From Arenicellales bacterium (GTDB lineage: Bacteria; Pseudomonadota; Gammaproteobacteria; Arenicellales; JAJDZL01): a DNA stretch of 64,000 nt. The number at the start of each line of letters is the position of its first letter. Position 1 is the stretch's first letter. A model generated the notes under the pieces. That model did no database searches. It was not told the origin of the DNA and saw only the letters and a program-made list of their open reading frames with translations. The translations under genes and the position numbers were made by a program. Where the stretch lies: NCBI GenBank assembly GCA_965243645.1, contig CBDEVD010000006.1:1488838-1552837 (forward strand), given 5' to 3'. Shown here one piece after another: positions 62,690-64,000 of this stretch.

Positions 62690-62779
62690 ACAAGGAGTCA
62701 TTCACTGTGTCGCAAAAAGTGGGATGGACTCAGTGTGTATTTCAGTTGATTTGAACCAAATTTCTGTTGAGTTTCAAGC

Positions 62780-64000
62780 TCAGTTGCCGCTTGCATCCGA
62801 CTGAACCTGGTTGGTCAGATTTTCTGGCGAAAAAATGCTCTGATAACCCTCCGTTCCGGTTGCTGGCGCATCGGCATCCGATTCATCGGCGCTCTCGCCG
62901 AGCAAATTTTCAGGAGCAAACACGCCTTGATATCCTTCCGTACCCGTTACCGGGTCAGTTGCTTCAGATCCGTCCGTCGTGTCACCTTGTAAATTTTCTG
63001 GTGAAAACAGATTCTGATAACCTTCTGTACCCTTTACTGGTGGTTTTGTCTCAGCTTCCGTGTCAGCATCGCCCTGCAGGTTTTCCGGTGCAAATACACC
63101 CTGGTAGCCCTCAGTCCCTTTGACCGTAGCCTTCGATTCGTTTGTGGATTCCGCTTCGGACTGTGCATCAACCGCACTTTGCAGTTTTTGTTGTTGCTGG
63201 CGCTTTTCAATGCGCTTTTGAATTTCAGCCTGCCGCTGCTCCTTAACCGCAACTTTACATTCCTCAACACCAATCGTCCCAGCAAAATAAATCGTTCCGA
63301 ATCCTGCAGCTACAATCAATACAAACAGGATGAAAGCGGGCTCAGCAAAAAACGATCTTTGCTTTTTAGCTTCCTTGGCCACGCCGCGGGCAACGGCCAT
63401 TTGCGCCTTGATTTGACGTGCCTCGCGCCGCTTGACGATTTCATAAATAACCGCACCGACCAAGGTTAAAAACACGATTGTTACTGCCAATGCACTGATG
63501 GACGGATCAATACCGTAACGAACCTTGCTGGCAAGCACCGTCGTCAGCGTACTGCTTGAAACAATTGTGAATATGGTTGTGTTGTAATTTTCAAATGATG
63601 CCAGAAATGCCAGTACCGCGGCGGACCCTATCGCCGGGCGCAGGAATGGCAACAAGATCTTGCGAAACGCCTGAACATGGCTGGCACCGAGATCAAGTGC
63701 TGCTTCTTCAAGTCCCGGATCAAAGCGCTGCAAACGCGCAATGAATATCAACATGGTATAGGCCGAGATAAAGGTCGCCTGTCCAACAATCGTTAGAAAA
63801 ATGCCGTCATAAAATATCGAATCTTCTGAGGCACCAAGGATCAAACCAAACCGATCCCAAAACAGCAATGTTGAAATTCCAAGCACCACGCCAGGCACTA
63901 AAATCGGTGCGATGGTTATGGTGTAATACCAGGGCCGTACCCGTGCACTTGCCTGCATCAGCATCAAAGCACCGGCGAGACCAATTGGGACCGCGAGGAG
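62780..64000 (-). CDS. ABC transporter permease (PotB/PotC-like), N-terminus beyond the right window edge, with an extra TM helix and repeat-containing C-terminal tail
   Basis: EAA-loop EEAALDLGASHVQAFRKILLPFLRP. The frame stays open to position 64000. After the permease core come FFAEPAFILFVLIVAAGFGTIYFAG (TM) and a coiled, acidic repeat tail. Confidence 0.8.
   Translation of the reverse strand, partial: LLAVPIGLAGALMLMQASARVRPWYYTITIAPILVPGVVLGISTLLFWDRFGLILGASEDSIFYDGIFLTIVGQATFISAYTMLIFIARLQRFDPGLEEAALDLGASHVQAFRKILLPFLRPAIGSAAVLAFLASFENYNTTIFTIVSSSTLTTVLASKVRYGIDPSISALAVTIVFLTLVGAVIYEIVKRREARQIKAQMAVARGVAKEAKKQRSFFAEPAFILFVLIVAAGFGTIYFAGTIGVEECKVAVKEQRQAEIQKRIEKRQQQQKLQSAVDAQSEAESTNESKATVKGTEGYQGVFAPENLQGDADTEAETKPPVKGTEGYQNLFSPENLQGDTTDGSEATDPVTGTEGYQGVFAPENLLGESADESDADAPATGTEGYQSIFSPENLTNQVQSDASGN
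62783..63127 (-). repeat. Four tandem 28-29-aa coding repeats [PT]-x-[KT]-GTEGYQ-x2-F-[AS]-PENL
   Basis: TVKGTEGYQGVFAPENLQGD.. / PVKGTEGYQNLFSPENLQGD.. / PVTGTEGYQGVFAPENLLGE.. / PATGTEGYQSIFSPENLTNQ.. Confidence 0.9.

Overview
This looks like a gammaproteobacterial chromosome segment. That is my inference from gene order (xseA | der-bamB-yfgM-hisS-rlmN-ndk | mutS-fdxA | gltX | glnS | panC); the genus cannot be told by eye. Core housekeeping genes occupy about 2.1-26.9 kb and 49.5-64 kb. Between them lies a visibly AT-richer accessory block of about 22.4 kb (27.07-49.46 kb). It is built against two minus-strand tRNA genes downstream of gltX: tRNA-Glu(UUC) at 38635-38712 and tRNA-Ala(GGC) at 49464-49539. 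Island 1 (27072-38645) is bounded by a 12-bp direct repeat of the tRNA-Glu 3' end. It carries an intact large serine recombinase whose ORF reads into the tRNA, and a small HTH plus MerR-like gene pair. It also carries a ~1264-aa SIR2-domain (DSR-like) gene cleanly split by a 1952-bp IS with a 5-bp target duplication, and a GmrSD-like DUF262/DUF1524 gene followed by an HNH endonuclease. Island 2 (38.7-49.46 kb) carries hipA without a recognisable hipB, phd-doc, and an AIPR-type abortive-infection gene. It also holds two decayed relics of the same serine-recombinase family and two inverted fragments of an IS4/IS1634-like element. A complete recombinase-in-trio (RIT) element (45136-48678) sits inside that IS transposase gene, flanked by a 5-bp duplication. 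At the far left edge an unclassified reverse transcriptase gene runs off the window. Other oddities are an Rpn/YhgA-like nuclease pseudogene with a duplicated 3' end, and an ABC permease with an extra TM helix and four tandem GTEGYQ..F.PENL repeats. I saw no rRNA, CRISPR array or phage structural genes. All family assignments come from motif recognition by eye; no database search was run.
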